Origin: Burkholderiaceae bacterium
GTDB lineage: Bacteria > Pseudomonadota > Gammaproteobacteria > Burkholderiales > Rhodocyclaceae
Direction: 5' to 3'
Assembly: GCA_021738065.1 (NCBI GenBank)
Contig: JAIPCT010000003.1
Location: 474-64,473 of the forward strand
DNA: 64,000 nt
Each line of letters opens with the position of its first letter. Position 1 is the stretch's first letter. Positions 1 through 9,461 of this stretch are shown piece by piece. The notes under the pieces were generated by a model that did no database searches, was not told where the DNA came from, and was given only the letters and a program-made list of their open reading frames with translations. The position numbers were made by a program, and so were the translations under genes.

Positions 1-713
1 CCGAACAGCGACAGCGGCTGATTTTCACCATCCACGGTCCAGCTCGCGTTGAATATCTTGTGCCGGCAATGCTCGGAATTGGCCTGGGCGAACATCATCA
101 GCTCGACGTCGGTCGGATTGCGACCCAGCGTGCCGAAGTTCTCCACCAGATAGTCGATCTCGTCGGCCGAGAGCGCGAAGCCCATCTCGGTATTAGCCTT
201 GACCAGCGCCTCGCGCCCGCCACCGAGAATATCCACCGTCGCCAGGGGCTGCGGCGCGACATGGTGAAACAGAGCCTTGGCGGCGTCGATGGAGGGCAGC
301 ACGGATTCCGTCATGCGGTCATGCAGCCGTGCCGCCAGCGCCGACTTTTGCTCATTCGCCACAGAGCCGACGATATGAAACGCCGTGCCGCGCTCGACGC
401 GTTTGACGCCGGTAAAGCCGCAATTGCGGGCAATATCGGTGGCCTTGGAACTCCAGGGTGAAATCGTTCCCAGGCGCGGCGTGACCAGCAACAACTCGCC
501 TTTGAGCGGGGCCGGCAGCTCGCCAGGGACGCCCAGCAGATCCTTGAGCCGTGCGGATTCGTCCTCGCTCAAGGGTCCGTCAAGCTCAATGAAATACCAA
601 TGCTCGGCGGCAAGCTCAAGCCCGGCAATGCTTGCGTCAATGGACGCTTTCAGACGTGCGAGACGGGGCAGCGACAACGCGGCAGAACCACGCAGGGCAA
701 GGAATTCAGCCAT
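1..713 (-). CDS. purL: Phosphoribosylformylglycinamidine synthase, N-terminal part (runs off the left edge)
   Basis: Reverse-strand translation from ATG at 713 gives [14 protein letters not shown]... and later [24 protein letters not shown], the PurL signature. Not in the ORF track because it has no stop within the window. Confidence 0.95.
   Translation of the reverse strand, partial: MAEFLALRGSAALSLPRLARLKASIDASIAGLELAAEHWYFIELDGPLSEDESARLKDLLGVPGELPAPLKGELLLVTPRLGTISPWSSKATDIARNCGFTGVKRVERGTAFHIVGSVANEQKSALAARLHDRMTESVLPSIDAAKALFHHVAPQPLATVDILGGGREALVKANTEMGFALSADEIDYLVENFGTLGRNPTDVELMMFAQANSEHCRHKIFNASWTVDGENQPLSLF
325..349 (-). repeat. Dispersed 25-bp motif, copy 1 (AAAAGTCGGCGCTGGCGGCACGGCT)
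   Basis: Inside purL, sense orientation, encodes QKSALAAR. Confidence 0.85.
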
Positions 714-932
714 GAAGAATGGACCGGTGCGGGTAAGGAAATGGTTTGCTAACCAAGGCGCGGAATTATACTCTGGGCCGCTTGACGGACATTCCGGACA
801 AGCGGCAACTTGATGCTCGACCGCATCGACCGGGGCCTGAAGCTTGCCCCTTGGCGAGCGCAGGGCAGCGCATCGGGTGTAAGCCCGGCCTTGCTACACT
901 AGTCGCATTGCGCTCAAGACAACAGGACAGCC

Positions 933-1796
933 ATGACTGCTTACTCGATTGATGTTGGGGTCAGCGACTTTCAAGAGAAAGTCCTTGACGCTTCGCGACT
1001 CGCACCCGTGCTGGTGGACTTCTGGGCCGAGTGGTGCGCCCCCTGCCGCATGCTCAAGCCGATACTGGAAAAACTGGCTGCGGAGTATGGCGGGCGCTTC
1101 ATTCTCGCCAAGCTCGACTCGGACCGGCACCAGGAAATCGCCGCGCGCTACGGCGTGCGCGGCATTCCCAACGTCAAGGCTTTCGTCAATGGTGAAATTG
1201 TCGATGAAATCACCGGCGCCGTGCCCGAGGAGGCGATTCGCAGCTTCATCGAGCGTCTGATGCCCTCCCCCGCCGAACCGCTGCGAGTCGCCGCCCAGGC
1301 CGCGCGCGCGCAGGGCGATACGGATGTCGCCCGCTCCCTGCTGGCCGATGCCCTGGAACTCGATCCGGCCAACGAGACGGTGCAACTCGATCTGGCCGAG
1401 ATTCACATCGACATGCAGGACATCGACGCGGCGAAATCGCTGCTGGTCGCGATTGAACACACCGCACGCGATACCGAGCGGGTACGCACGCTGCTGGCCC
1501 GCCTCAATCTCGTGGCTGCCGGCGGCAACGCCGACCCGGCACCCCTCAAAGCCCGCATCGAGGCCAACGCCGACGATCTCGACGCGCGACTGCAACTGGC
1601 CAACACCCTGGCGCTGTCCCACGAATACCGCGCGGCACTGGAGCACTTGCTGGAGATCGTGCGGCGCGACCGCGGCTGGCAGGACGAAGCGGCGCGCAAG
1701 ACCATGCTGGATTTGTTTACCCTGCTCGGCGGCGATCCGCAGCAGGCCGATCTGGTACGCGAGTTCCGAATTCAGCTGGCGCGCACGCTGAACTGA
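933..1796 (+). CDS. ybbN: Thioredoxin-domain/TPR chaperedoxin (YbbN/CnoX)
   Basis: VDFWAEWCAPC thioredoxin motif followed by TPR-like helical region, 287 aa. Confidence 0.9.
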   Translation: MTAYSIDVGVSDFQEKVLDASRLAPVLVDFWAEWCAPCRMLKPILEKLAAEYGGRFILAKLDSDRHQEIAARYGVRGIPNVKAFVNGEIVDEITGAVPEEAIRSFIERLMPSPAEPLRVAAQAARAQGDTDVARSLLADALELDPANETVQLDLAEIHIDMQDIDAAKSLLVAIEHTARDTERVRTLLARLNLVAAGGNADPAPLKARIEANADDLDARLQLANTLALSHEYRAALEHLLEIVRRDRGWQDEAARKTMLDLFTLLGGDPQQADLVREFRIQLARTLN

Positions 1797-1820
1797 AAAG
1801 TCGGCGATGGCGATACGGCA
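1796..1820 (+). repeat. Dispersed 25-bp motif, copy 2 (AAAAGTCGGCGATGGCGATACGGCA)
   Basis: Overlaps the last base of the ybbN stop codon; identical to copy at 7010-7034. Confidence 0.9.
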
Positions 1821-1824
1821 TCCA

Positions 1825-1849
1825 AAAACTCGGCGCTGGTGACACGGCG
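1825..1849 (+). repeat. Dispersed 25-bp motif, copy 3 (AAAACTCGGCGCTGGTGACACGGCG)
   Basis: Intergenic, tandem with copy 2 at a 29-bp period. Confidence 0.9.
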
Positions 1850-2085
1850 AGCGGCCGGTACCTGGCCCGCACGACCTTACGCATTCCTCGCTGGTAAAGA
1901 CGGCGATCCGGATTCTGTGATTGACATCCGGCGCGCATGCTGCGACGCGGAACAACTTTATTGGTGTTTGGCTCGAGTCTCAAGCCGTCGATGACTCCTG
2001 TGTGCCCTAAGGCGACATTCGACTTGCTCAACAGCGGACAATCAGCAACGGAGTCTTTGTTGGCTCGCCAGTTCGAACAAAGCTG

Positions 2086-2116
2086 AGAACTGGAAACTAT
2101 CGTTCTCGATCCACTA
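2086..2116 (+). repeat. 31-bp direct repeat A flanking the NERD gene
   Basis: AGAACTGGAAACTATCGTTCTCGATCCACTA, 28/31 identical to 2928-2958. Confidence 0.85.
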
Positions 2117-2183
2117 AAGCGCGCTTCAAGTGATGAAGGTGGGCGCTAGATAAAGTTTTAATAATTTTAACGCCAATTCACTA

Positions 2184-2885
2184 CTATGCAAGGGATCGCA
2201 TGAAGCGGCAAGTCGGATAGCCGCTGCACCCGAGAAATTCGGTGCCCGCATTGGCTCCTTTCTTTGCCGTTCGCTTCACCAGAGGGTTTCCACATTTCGG
2301 ACATGTGCTTGTGCTGGAATGCCGCTCGGTGAGAGAACTCAGGTGTTCTTTGCGAGTCTGCAACGACTTGATGATACCTTTAGGCATCATTCCGGCTTTG
2401 ATGGCCTCGACGATCTGCACAACTTCATCGTCGGTAAAGCGAACCTCTGTATGCTTTTTGATGTAACTGGTATATCCCGTGCCGAGCACATTGGAAGGCA
2501 TATCGGTTTTGAATTCGCAATCGCCCCAGAACATCACAAAGGGGATCAACTTGTCCTCGTCCACTCGCAGAAACTCCGCAAGCGCCTTAGTGTGGCGATA
2601 GTTCTGGTGTAGCGGATTCTGAAATTTGTACTTCTTGCCGTAGATGCTTTGAGTCCATTGTGGGTTTGTGGCACTACCAAATATCCAGCCATTCATATTT
2701 TTTGACTCGATTACGAAGACACCATATTTTGAGACGATGATGTGGTCGATCTGGGTTGTACCATTCGATGTCTGAAGAGTTGCGTTATTGAGGCTGATAT
2801 AAATATTTTTATCGAGATGCAGATGCTGTGAAATGGATGCTACAGCCTCGCCAATCCAACCCTTTACAAGTGATCTAATTGACAT
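2184..2885 (-). CDS. NERD nuclease-related protein with C-terminal topoisomerase-type C4 zinc finger
   Basis: KGWIGE...TTQIDHIIVSKYGVFVIESKN...QNPLHQNYRH (NERD); CPKCG...FLGCSGYPTCR (zf-C4_Topoisom). Confidence 0.9.
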   Translation of the reverse strand: MSIRSLVKGWIGEAVASISQHLHLDKNIYISLNNATLQTSNGTTQIDHIIVSKYGVFVIESKNMNGWIFGSATNPQWTQSIYGKKYKFQNPLHQNYRHTKALAEFLRVDEDKLIPFVMFWGDCEFKTDMPSNVLGTGYTSYIKKHTEVRFTDDEVVQIVEAIKAGMMPKGIIKSLQTRKEHLSSLTERHSSTSTCPKCGNPLVKRTAKKGANAGTEFLGCSGYPTCRFMRSLA

Positions 2886-2927
2886 TCGGATCTTTCAAAA
2901 CTTAGTTCGCCATTCCTTACAAAAGTA

Positions 2928-2958
2928 AGAACTGGAAACTATCGGTCTTGATCGACTA
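2928..2958 (+). repeat. 31-bp direct repeat B flanking the NERD gene
   Basis: AGAACTGGAAACTATCGGTCTTGATCGACTA. Confidence 0.85.
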
Positions 2959-2993
2959 GAAATCGCAATTCCAGTATTGCCCGCAAGAGAGGG

Positions 2994-3416
2994 CTAATTG
3001 TCCTTTAGCTTGGCTCTGGGTTTGGGACGTGCGGCTGACTTTGATGTTATCGATGTCGGCTCAGATGACGCCGCCGTGAAGTTTTTTAGCATGTCCATCA
3101 CCCTCCTTTTAGATGTGTCATCGAGGTCATTCATTAGACGAGCCTCGAAAGACTTTGCCTTGGAAAGAACCAAGTGTGCAAGTTGTATCATTGCGACTGT
3201 TGGCATACTTAGGACCTCGGTTGCCTTTCGCACTTCGGTATTACCTTGGCCTTCTGGGGAGAGCACCGTGTGAAGCAATAGCTTCGATATCGGGTGACCA
3301 AATAGTATCTGAGTGGTGCCCTCGGCAAATGACTCGGTTGCATTTAAACGGCCGACAAGCGTGAAGTTCTCGTGGCTAATTGTGTCTGGGTTGTCCTTCT
3401 TTTTTTCTATCGGCAT
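2994..3416 (-). CDS. Hypothetical protein, third gene of the TA operon (loosely DUF3467-like)
   Basis: 140-aa ORF starting 10 nt after the antitoxin stop; family resemblance judged by eye only. Confidence 0.7.
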   Translation of the reverse strand: MPIEKKKDNPDTISHENFTLVGRLNATESFAEGTTQILFGHPISKLLLHTVLSPEGQGNTEVRKATEVLSMPTVAMIQLAHLVLSKAKSFEARLMNDLDDTSKRRVMDMLKNFTAASSEPTSITSKSAARPKPRAKLKDN

Positions 3417-3426
3417 GTTATTTCTC

Positions 3427-3951
3427 TCAGATGGCTGCGGGTATCAAGTCGGCTTCAAATTCGCGGGTATCAGGAGTTATGACTAAGGTATAATTACAAG
3501 TGTCATAGTCTTTTAGTACCCTATTATTTACTTCATATATGTCGGTTGTCTGGCTCGGTAGGAGAGTTGCAACGTAGCTGGGGTCATCCTCGGAGTAGAA
3601 CTGTATAGAGGCAAGTTCTTCCTCGTATGTGGGTACCTTAAAGTTTTCTGGGTTCGTATTCCATGTATTGGACATGAACTTAGAGAACGGAAGGTAACGG
3701 ACGTGCAGGGCGACATCGAAAACTTTGCCTAAGGCTAACAAAGAGCGAATCGAGTATCGGCCATAAGAAGGATCTTCTAGCCTCGAAACGGTTGTCTGAG
3801 TTGTTCCAAGCTTCTCGCCTAATTGTCGCTGAGTCCAACCGCGTTCTTGTCTGATGATTCGAATCTGGTGGGCAAGGCCGTTTACGAGTTCGGCGTCGAC
3901 ATACGCCTCCCTTGCTCTAGGGCTTTTCAGCGCAAGGAAACTTTTCTCCAT
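3427..3951 (-). CDS. Xre/HTH_3 antitoxin (HigA-like) with long C-terminal extension
   Basis: QIRIIRQERGWTQRQLGEKLGTTQTTVSRLE helix-turn-helix. Start at MEKSF (3951) chosen because it overlaps the toxin end; the ORF track starts at 4098. Confidence 0.85.
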   Translation of the reverse strand: MEKSFLALKSPRAREAYVDAELVNGLAHQIRIIRQERGWTQRQLGEKLGTTQTTVSRLEDPSYGRYSIRSLLALGKVFDVALHVRYLPFSKFMSNTWNTNPENFKVPTYEEELASIQFYSEDDPSYVATLLPSQTTDIYEVNNRVLKDYDTCNYTLVITPDTREFEADLIPAAI

Positions 3952-4441
3952 TGATTTTGAGAGGCAAACAGTCGGCATCTCGGTTTGATACGAGCTTGCG
4001 TCTTCCATCTGCGGTGTTGATTGCGTTATGTGGGTCATAGATGTCCTGTTTGTGCGTTGCCCATAGCACGATTGTGAATTCTTTTTCACCGGGTCCAAAA
4101 AAACCTAGCGGTCGGTGTTGAACTCCGCTTGCTGCAAACCTTATTTCGTAGATATCTCGAACCCCTTTGAGCTTCTTGGCATGTGGCTGCTTCCAATCGC
4201 GCTTTGGTGTGTTTGCGAGGTATCTGATCCGTGTCTTAAAGTACTGAATAACGACTTCATCCTTAGCGTCTATAGATTTCTGTAACGCTTGGCTTCCAGT
4301 TTCTGATACATAGACCTTAAAGGTCCAGTTCAGTTCATCGCAATTTTGCGATACTTTTTGCGTGGGCGCAATAGTATTCGTTGCGACTGCCTTAGAAAGT
4401 TTTGTCTTTTTCAATGGGTCGTTCGAACTCATCCCGTCCAA
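3917..4441 (-). CDS. RelE/HigB-superfamily (Gp49-like) toxin; true start probably near 4333-4338
   Basis: WKQPHAKKLKGVRDIYEIRF...QHRPLGFF...FTIVLWATHK RelE-like pattern; lies upstream of the Xre gene (higBA order). Confidence 0.75.
   Translation of the reverse strand: MDGMSSNDPLKKTKLSKAVATNTIAPTQKVSQNCDELNWTFKVYVSETGSQALQKSIDAKDEVVIQYFKTRIRYLANTPKRDWKQPHAKKLKGVRDIYEIRFAASGVQHRPLGFFGPGEKEFTIVLWATHKQDIYDPHNAINTADGRRKLVSNRDADCLPLKINGEKFPCAEKP
4338..4371. promoter_or_regulatory. Putative antitoxin operator palindromes overlapping a candidate promoter
   Basis: TCGCAA-TT-TTGCGA (4338-4351) and TTGCG-TGGG-CGCAA (4358-4371); minus strand reads TTGCGC-17 nt-CAAAAT. Confidence 0.5.
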
Positions 4442-4793
4442 GTAACACGGGGGGTTATAGATACATGTTGCACTAGATCATGAGCATAGCCCATATTATG
4501 CCAATGAATAGATCTTGGTTCGAGCCCTGACCGGGGAGCCAACCAGAAGTCGACGCTGACCGCATCCTAATGCTCGGTAGCGCCAGGTAACCGCGATATA
4601 AACGAAATGTAAGCGCGATGGTCCGCATTTGGCCGAACTGAGGCATCCAGCCTGACCAAAGACCACAGCCTGGTGGCATTGTGCGTCGCACGGTGAGCAA
4701 TCAATTGCGAGTTCCGGATGACCGTCAAGACTTGCCTTTGCCGGCGCCTGCCTTTAAGGTGCGCGTCCCGCGCTCCAACTTCGGTCGTCAATC

Positions 4794-7139
4794 ATGCAGC
4801 CCTCCACCCAGTCGCGTATCGCGCAACGCATTGCCGAAGAACTCGGCGTCCGCCCGCAGCAGGTTGTCGCTGCTGTGCAGTTGCTGGACGAAGGCGCCAC
4901 CGTGCCCTTCATTTCGCGTTATCGCAAAGAGGTGACAGACAACCTCGATGACACGCAATTGCGCAATCTGGAAGAGCGCCTGAACTACCTGCGCGAGCTG
5001 GAAGACCGCCGCACGGTGATCCTTGCTTCGATCGAGGAACAGGGCAAGCTGACGCCGGAACTCCAGGCCACCATTGCCACGGCGGAAACCAAGCAAAGCC
5101 TCGAGGATCTTTACCTGCCCTACAAGCAAAAGCGCCGCACCAAGGCGCAGATCGCGCGCGAAGCCGGCCTTGAACCGCTGGCGGATGCGCTGTTCAATGA
5201 TCCGCTGCGGGTACCCGAAGTCGAGGCCGAAAAGTACCTCAACCCGGAACTGGATCCGCCCGAAAAACACGTTGCGGACATCAAGTCTGCGCTTGAAGGC
5301 GCGCGCCAGATTCTGATGGAACGCTTCAGCGAAGACGCGGCGCTGTTGGCCAAACTGCGCTCCTATCTCGGCGACTACGCCCTCCTTGTGTCGACCGTGG
5401 TCGAAGGCAAGGAAGTGGCCGGCGCCAAATTCCGCGACTGGTTCGACTTCCGCGAATCCATCAAGACCCTGCCTTCGCACCGCGCCCTGGCCCTGCTGCG
5501 CGGACGCAATGAAGACGTCCTGCGCCTGGCCCTGAAAACCGAGCAGGAACTGCGTGAGCCGCCTGAATCCTCGCCCTGCACGGCCATGGTCTCGGGTCAT
5601 TTTTCGATCCGCGACCAGGGTCGCGCGGCAGACAAATGGCTGCTGGAAACCGCGCGCTGGGCATGGATGGTGAAGCTTTCCCTGCACCTGGAATCGGAAC
5701 TGATGAACCAGTTGCGCGAACGTGCCGAAGCGGAAGCCATCCGTGTCTTCGCCCGCAATCTGCACGATCTGCTGCTGGCCGCACCGGCCGGGCAGCACAC
5801 CGTCATCGGCCTCGATCCCGGCATCCGCACCGGCGTCAAGGTGGCCGTCGTCGATCTCACCGGCAAGGTGGTGGACACCGCAACCATCTATCCGCATGAG
5901 CCGCGCCGCGACTGGGAAGGCTCGCTGGCTACATTGCGCCAGTTGGCGCAAAAACATGGCGCCGGGCTGATCAGCATCGGCAACGGCACCGCCAGCCGGG
6001 AGACCGACAAACTCGCGGCCGAACTGATGCGCCGCCATGCCGAACTCAAGCTGACCCGTATCGTGGTCTCCGAGGCCGGCGCCTCGGTGTATTCGGCGTC
6101 CGAACTCGCGGCGAAGGAGTTTCCCGATCTCGACGTATCCCTGCGCGGCGCGGTATCCATCGCTCGTCGCCTGCAGGATCCGCTGGCGGAACTGGTGAAG
6201 ATCGAGCCGAAGGCCATCGGTGTCGGCCAGTATCAGCACGATCTCAACCAATCACGGCTGGCGCGCGCGCTCGATGCGGTGGTGGAAGACTGCGTGAACT
6301 CGGTGGGTGTCGATGTGAACACCGCCAGCGCCGCGCTGCTGAAACGCATCTCGGGGCTCAACAGCACACTGGCCGGCAACATCGTCAGCTATCGCGATAC
6401 TCACGGCGCCTTCAAGTCGCGCGCGGCGTTGAAGCAGGTGCCGCGCCTCGGCGACAAGGCCTTCGAACAGGCGGCCGGGTTTTTGCGGATACGCGATGGC
6501 GACAACCCGCTGGATGCTTCGGCGGTGCACCCGGAGGCCTATCCCGTGGTCGAGCGCATCCTCGACGACATCAAGCGTGGTGTCCGCGAGATCATCGGCG
6601 ACAGCAGCAGCCTGCGCGCTCTGGATGCCCGCAAGTACATTGACGAACGCTTCGGCCTGCCGACCGTGCAGGACATCCTCAGGGAACTGGAAAAACCCGG
6701 CCGCGACCCGCGTCCCGAGTTCAAGACGGCGTCATTCAAGGACGGCATCGAGGAACTCAAGGATCTGCAACCCGGCATGCTGCTCGAAGGCGTGGTGACC
6801 AATGTCACCAACTTCGGCGCTTTCGTCGATATCGGCGTGCATCAGGACGGCCTGGTGCACGTTTCGGCGCTGGCCAATCGCTTCGTCAAGGACCCGCACG
6901 AAGTGGTCAAGGCCGGTGATGTGGTCAAGGTCAAAGTGCTGGAAGTTGACGCGGCGCGCAAGCGCATCGCGCTGACCATGCGCCTGGCGGACGAACTGCC
7001 CGCCGCCGGAAAAGTCGGCGATGGCGATACGGCAAATCGGAATCGCGGCGGCACGGCAAGGGGAAAACCGCCGCCTCAGGAGCGCAAATCCGATACTGGC
7101 GGCGCCATGGCTGCCGCTTTCGCCAAGCTCAAGAACTGA
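4794..7139 (+). CDS. tex: Tex transcription accessory protein (S1 RNA-binding)
   Basis: [27 protein letters not shown]-terminal S1 domain. Confidence 0.97.
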   Translation: MQPSTQSRIAQRIAEELGVRPQQVVAAVQLLDEGATVPFISRYRKEVTDNLDDTQLRNLEERLNYLRELEDRRTVILASIEEQGKLTPELQATIATAETKQSLEDLYLPYKQKRRTKAQIAREAGLEPLADALFNDPLRVPEVEAEKYLNPELDPPEKHVADIKSALEGARQILMERFSEDAALLAKLRSYLGDYALLVSTVVEGKEVAGAKFRDWFDFRESIKTLPSHRALALLRGRNEDVLRLALKTEQELREPPESSPCTAMVSGHFSIRDQGRAADKWLLETARWAWMVKLSLHLESELMNQLRERAEAEAIRVFARNLHDLLLAAPAGQHTVIGLDPGIRTGVKVAVVDLTGKVVDTATIYPHEPRRDWEGSLATLRQLAQKHGAGLISIGNGTASRETDKLAAELMRRHAELKLTRIVVSEAGASVYSASELAAKEFPDLDVSLRGAVSIARRLQDPLAELVKIEPKAIGVGQYQHDLNQSRLARALDAVVEDCVNSVGVDVNTASAALLKRISGLNSTLAGNIVSYRDTHGAFKSRAALKQVPRLGDKAFEQAAGFLRIRDGDNPLDASAVHPEAYPVVERILDDIKRGVREIIGDSSSLRALDARKYIDERFGLPTVQDILRELEKPGRDPRPEFKTASFKDGIEELKDLQPGMLLEGVVTNVTNFGAFVDIGVHQDGLVHVSALANRFVKDPHEVVKAGDVVKVKVLEVDAARKRIALTMRLADELPAAGKVGDGDTANRNRGGTARGKPPPQERKSDTGGAMAAAFAKLKN
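7010..7034 (+). repeat. Dispersed 25-bp motif, copy 4 (AAAAGTCGGCGATGGCGATACGGCA)
   Basis: In the tex C-terminal tail, encodes KVGDGDTA. Confidence 0.9.
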
Positions 7140-7191
7140 GCGGAAAAGCGGCGGGGCCGGCCGCGCCCTGTAGCGGCCTGCCCTCGCTTGC

Positions 7192-8223
7192 TCAGCCCTT
7201 GATTCGTGCCACCAGCGCCTTGGCGTATTGGTCGGTGCTGGCCTTGCCGCCGAGATCGCCGGTGCGGATGTTGTCCTTGTTCAGCACGTCGTCGATGGCC
7301 TGGCGCAGACGGTCGCCAAGCTCGGTGCGGCCGACATGGTCGAGCATCATGGCGGCGGCCATCAGCAGCGCGGTCGGATTGGCGATGCCCTTGCCCGCGA
7401 TGTCGGGCGCCGAGCCATGCACGGCCTCGAAGATGGCCGCGTCGGCGCCGATGTTGGCACCGGGCGCCATGCCCAGGCCGCCGACCAGGCCGGCGATTTC
7501 GTCGGACAGAATGTCACCGAACAGATTGGTGGTCACCAGCACGTCGAACTGCCAGGGGTTCATCACCAGCTTCATGGCGCAGGCGTCGATGATCACCTGC
7601 TCGAACTCGATCTTGCCCTTGTAGTGCGCTTCGTGCATTTCCTGCGCGGTTTCGAGAAATATCCCGGTCAGCGCCTTCATGATGTTGGCCTTGTGCACCA
7701 CCGTGACTTTCTTGCGCCCCTTGTTGATGGCGTACTCGAAGGCGAACTTGAGAATGTTGCGGCAGCCCTGGCGCGTGTTGATGCCGGTGGACATGCCCAC
7801 CGCGTGCGGATCGCCGTCGATGGGAATGTAGTGCTCGTAGCCCATGTAGAGGCCTTCGATGTTCTCGCGACAGAGAATCAGGTCGATGTTCTCGAAGCGG
7901 CCGCCCGGCACCAGCGATTTCGCTGGGCGCAGATTGGCGTAGAGCTGGAACTGCTCGCGCAGGCGCACGTTGGACGAGCGATAGCCGCCGCCCGAGGGTG
8001 TTTCCAGCGGCCCTTTTAGCGCCAGGCGGGTGCGCTCGATGGAATCCAGCGTGGCTTGCGGCAGCGGATCGCCAAAGGCGGTGACGCCCGCCAGACCGGC
8101 GACATGGGTCTCCCACTGAAAGGGCGCGCCCAAGGCGTCGAGGACGGCGATGGTGGCGGCGGTAATTTCTGGGCCGATGCCGTCGCCGGGGATCAGGGTG
8201 GCTGGTATTAGGGTGGCACTCAT
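7192..8223 (-). CDS. Isocitrate/isopropylmalate dehydrogenase family (NAD-dependent IDH-like)
   Basis: PGDGIGPEI, NLFGDILSD, FEAVHGSAPDIAGK motifs. Confidence 0.92.
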   Translation of the reverse strand: MSATLIPATLIPGDGIGPEITAATIAVLDALGAPFQWETHVAGLAGVTAFGDPLPQATLDSIERTRLALKGPLETPSGGGYRSSNVRLREQFQLYANLRPAKSLVPGGRFENIDLILCRENIEGLYMGYEHYIPIDGDPHAVGMSTGINTRQGCRNILKFAFEYAINKGRKKVTVVHKANIMKALTGIFLETAQEMHEAHYKGKIEFEQVIIDACAMKLVMNPWQFDVLVTTNLFGDILSDEIAGLVGGLGMAPGANIGADAAIFEAVHGSAPDIAGKGIANPTALLMAAAMMLDHVGRTELGDRLRQAIDDVLNKDNIRTGDLGGKASTDQYAKALVARIKG

Positions 8224-8398
8224 GGAGTTCTCCGCACAGTCGGTAAGCAAAAAATATTGGCGCGCCGTTACATCACTGCAACCGGCAAGGGGTCGCTGCG
8301 ATCATGGCGCCAGAGGGTGCAGCATGCCATGTCCGACTGAATGGCCGCTTACAGCGAGCCATGGCAGGCCGAATTTTACGCACGTTGTGCCGCGCTAC

Positions 8399-9307
8399 TC
8401 AGCCGGGGCTTGGCGTCATCGCCCACAGATGGGCTGCGACCAAAGCGCGCCAGGGGGCGAACTCGGCCAGCCAGTGCTGGACGAAGGCCTCGGAGAGCCT
8501 GTCCGGGGCCGCCAGCAGTTGCTGCAACTTGCGTCGCACCGCCACATCGCCGTGCAAGGAGCCATCCAGCCAGCCGAAGCCACGCAACAGCGCGTAATTC
8601 ACCGTCCACGGACCGACGCCGCGCAAGCGCAGCAGGCGATCCTGGATTTCCGCAGCCGGCAAGCCAATCGTCCATGCATCCAGAGGCAGCCGGTTTGCCA
8701 TCACTTCGCGGCACAGCAGGATCAGCGTCTGTGCCTTGGCTTGCGAGAATCCGGCCTGGCGCAAATCGGCTTCGCTCAGCATGGTCAGCCGTTTCGCATC
8801 CGGATGGCAGCCCAGGCCGCCGGAATGCCGCAGACCACAGGCTTGAATCAGCTTGCGGCGTATGGAAATCGCCGCGCCGAGACTGATCTGCTGCCCGGTG
8901 ATCGCCCAGGTCAAAGCCTCGAATGGCGTTGCCGCCAGGGCGACACGCAGCCCGGGCCTTTGCGCGATCAGCCCGCCCAGTTGCGGATGGGCATGAAACG
9001 CCTGCTCGAATTCCTCGACACCTTGGGTCAAGCCCAGCATGCGGGCGACCTGGCGCGCAAGTCCTTCCGCGTCTGTCGTTGTCGCCCCATCGACCGCCAG
9101 TTCCACCGAGACCTGCCCGCGCGCGAAGCGCATCGTCAAACAAGCGGGCCGCCCGCCCCAACTCAAACCCTTCTGCAAACTATCGCCATCGACCCGCTCC
9201 GCCAGCGCCAAGGGATCACGGCCATGAAATGCCAGCACATCGGCTACCCGGAAATTGTCCGGCAGGCGAATGACGCAGCTCAGCCGCGATGGGCTTTCAG
9301 TTTTCAT
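8399..9307 (-). CDS. alkA: DNA-3-methyladenine glycosylase II (AlkA-like)
   Basis: PFEALTWAITGQQIS and LRGVGPWTVNY HhH-GPD motifs. Confidence 0.85.
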   Translation of the reverse strand: MKTESPSRLSCVIRLPDNFRVADVLAFHGRDPLALAERVDGDSLQKGLSWGGRPACLTMRFARGQVSVELAVDGATTTDAEGLARQVARMLGLTQGVEEFEQAFHAHPQLGGLIAQRPGLRVALAATPFEALTWAITGQQISLGAAISIRRKLIQACGLRHSGGLGCHPDAKRLTMLSEADLRQAGFSQAKAQTLILLCREVMANRLPLDAWTIGLPAAEIQDRLLRLRGVGPWTVNYALLRGFGWLDGSLHGDVAVRRKLQQLLAAPDRLSEAFVQHWLAEFAPWRALVAAHLWAMTPSPG

Positions 9308-9461
9308 GGAGCAAGGCGTATTTCATTTCGCCACCCCGCGAATGCACGGGCTTTCAGCTTCGTGCAAATCTCGACTCCATGATCCCGGTACTCCATCCGA
9401 TTGCGGAACGGGTGCCAAGCGGAACCATCATCAGGATAAAGGCAAGACCGCGACTGGCAAA

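Larger units (their letters stand above)
1900..4700. mobile_element. AT-richer accessory islet (NERD nuclease + toxin-antitoxin locus); no integrase seen
   Basis: Visibly lower GC and different codon usage than the flanking ybbN and tex; accessory gene content. Boundaries approximate. Confidence 0.6.

Noticed and set aside
1796-1849. Tandem 25-bp repeats as a mini-CRISPR array
   Set aside because: Only two units with a 4-nt gap, no spacers and no cas genes; the same motif is dispersed inside coding genes.
2030-4630. GCGGAC (~2034) and GTCCGC (~4621) as terminal inverted repeats of the islet
   Set aside because: Only 6 bp; too short to support.
1795-7034. Identical 26-bp direct repeats as attL/attR of an integrated element
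   Set aside because: The enclosed segment includes most of the housekeeping gene tex and no integrase; identity is better explained by both being near-consensus copies of the dispersed motif.
8191-8220. ATLIP-ATLIP duplication at the dehydrogenase N terminus
   Set aside because: Short imperfect 15-bp duplication with no evident consequence.
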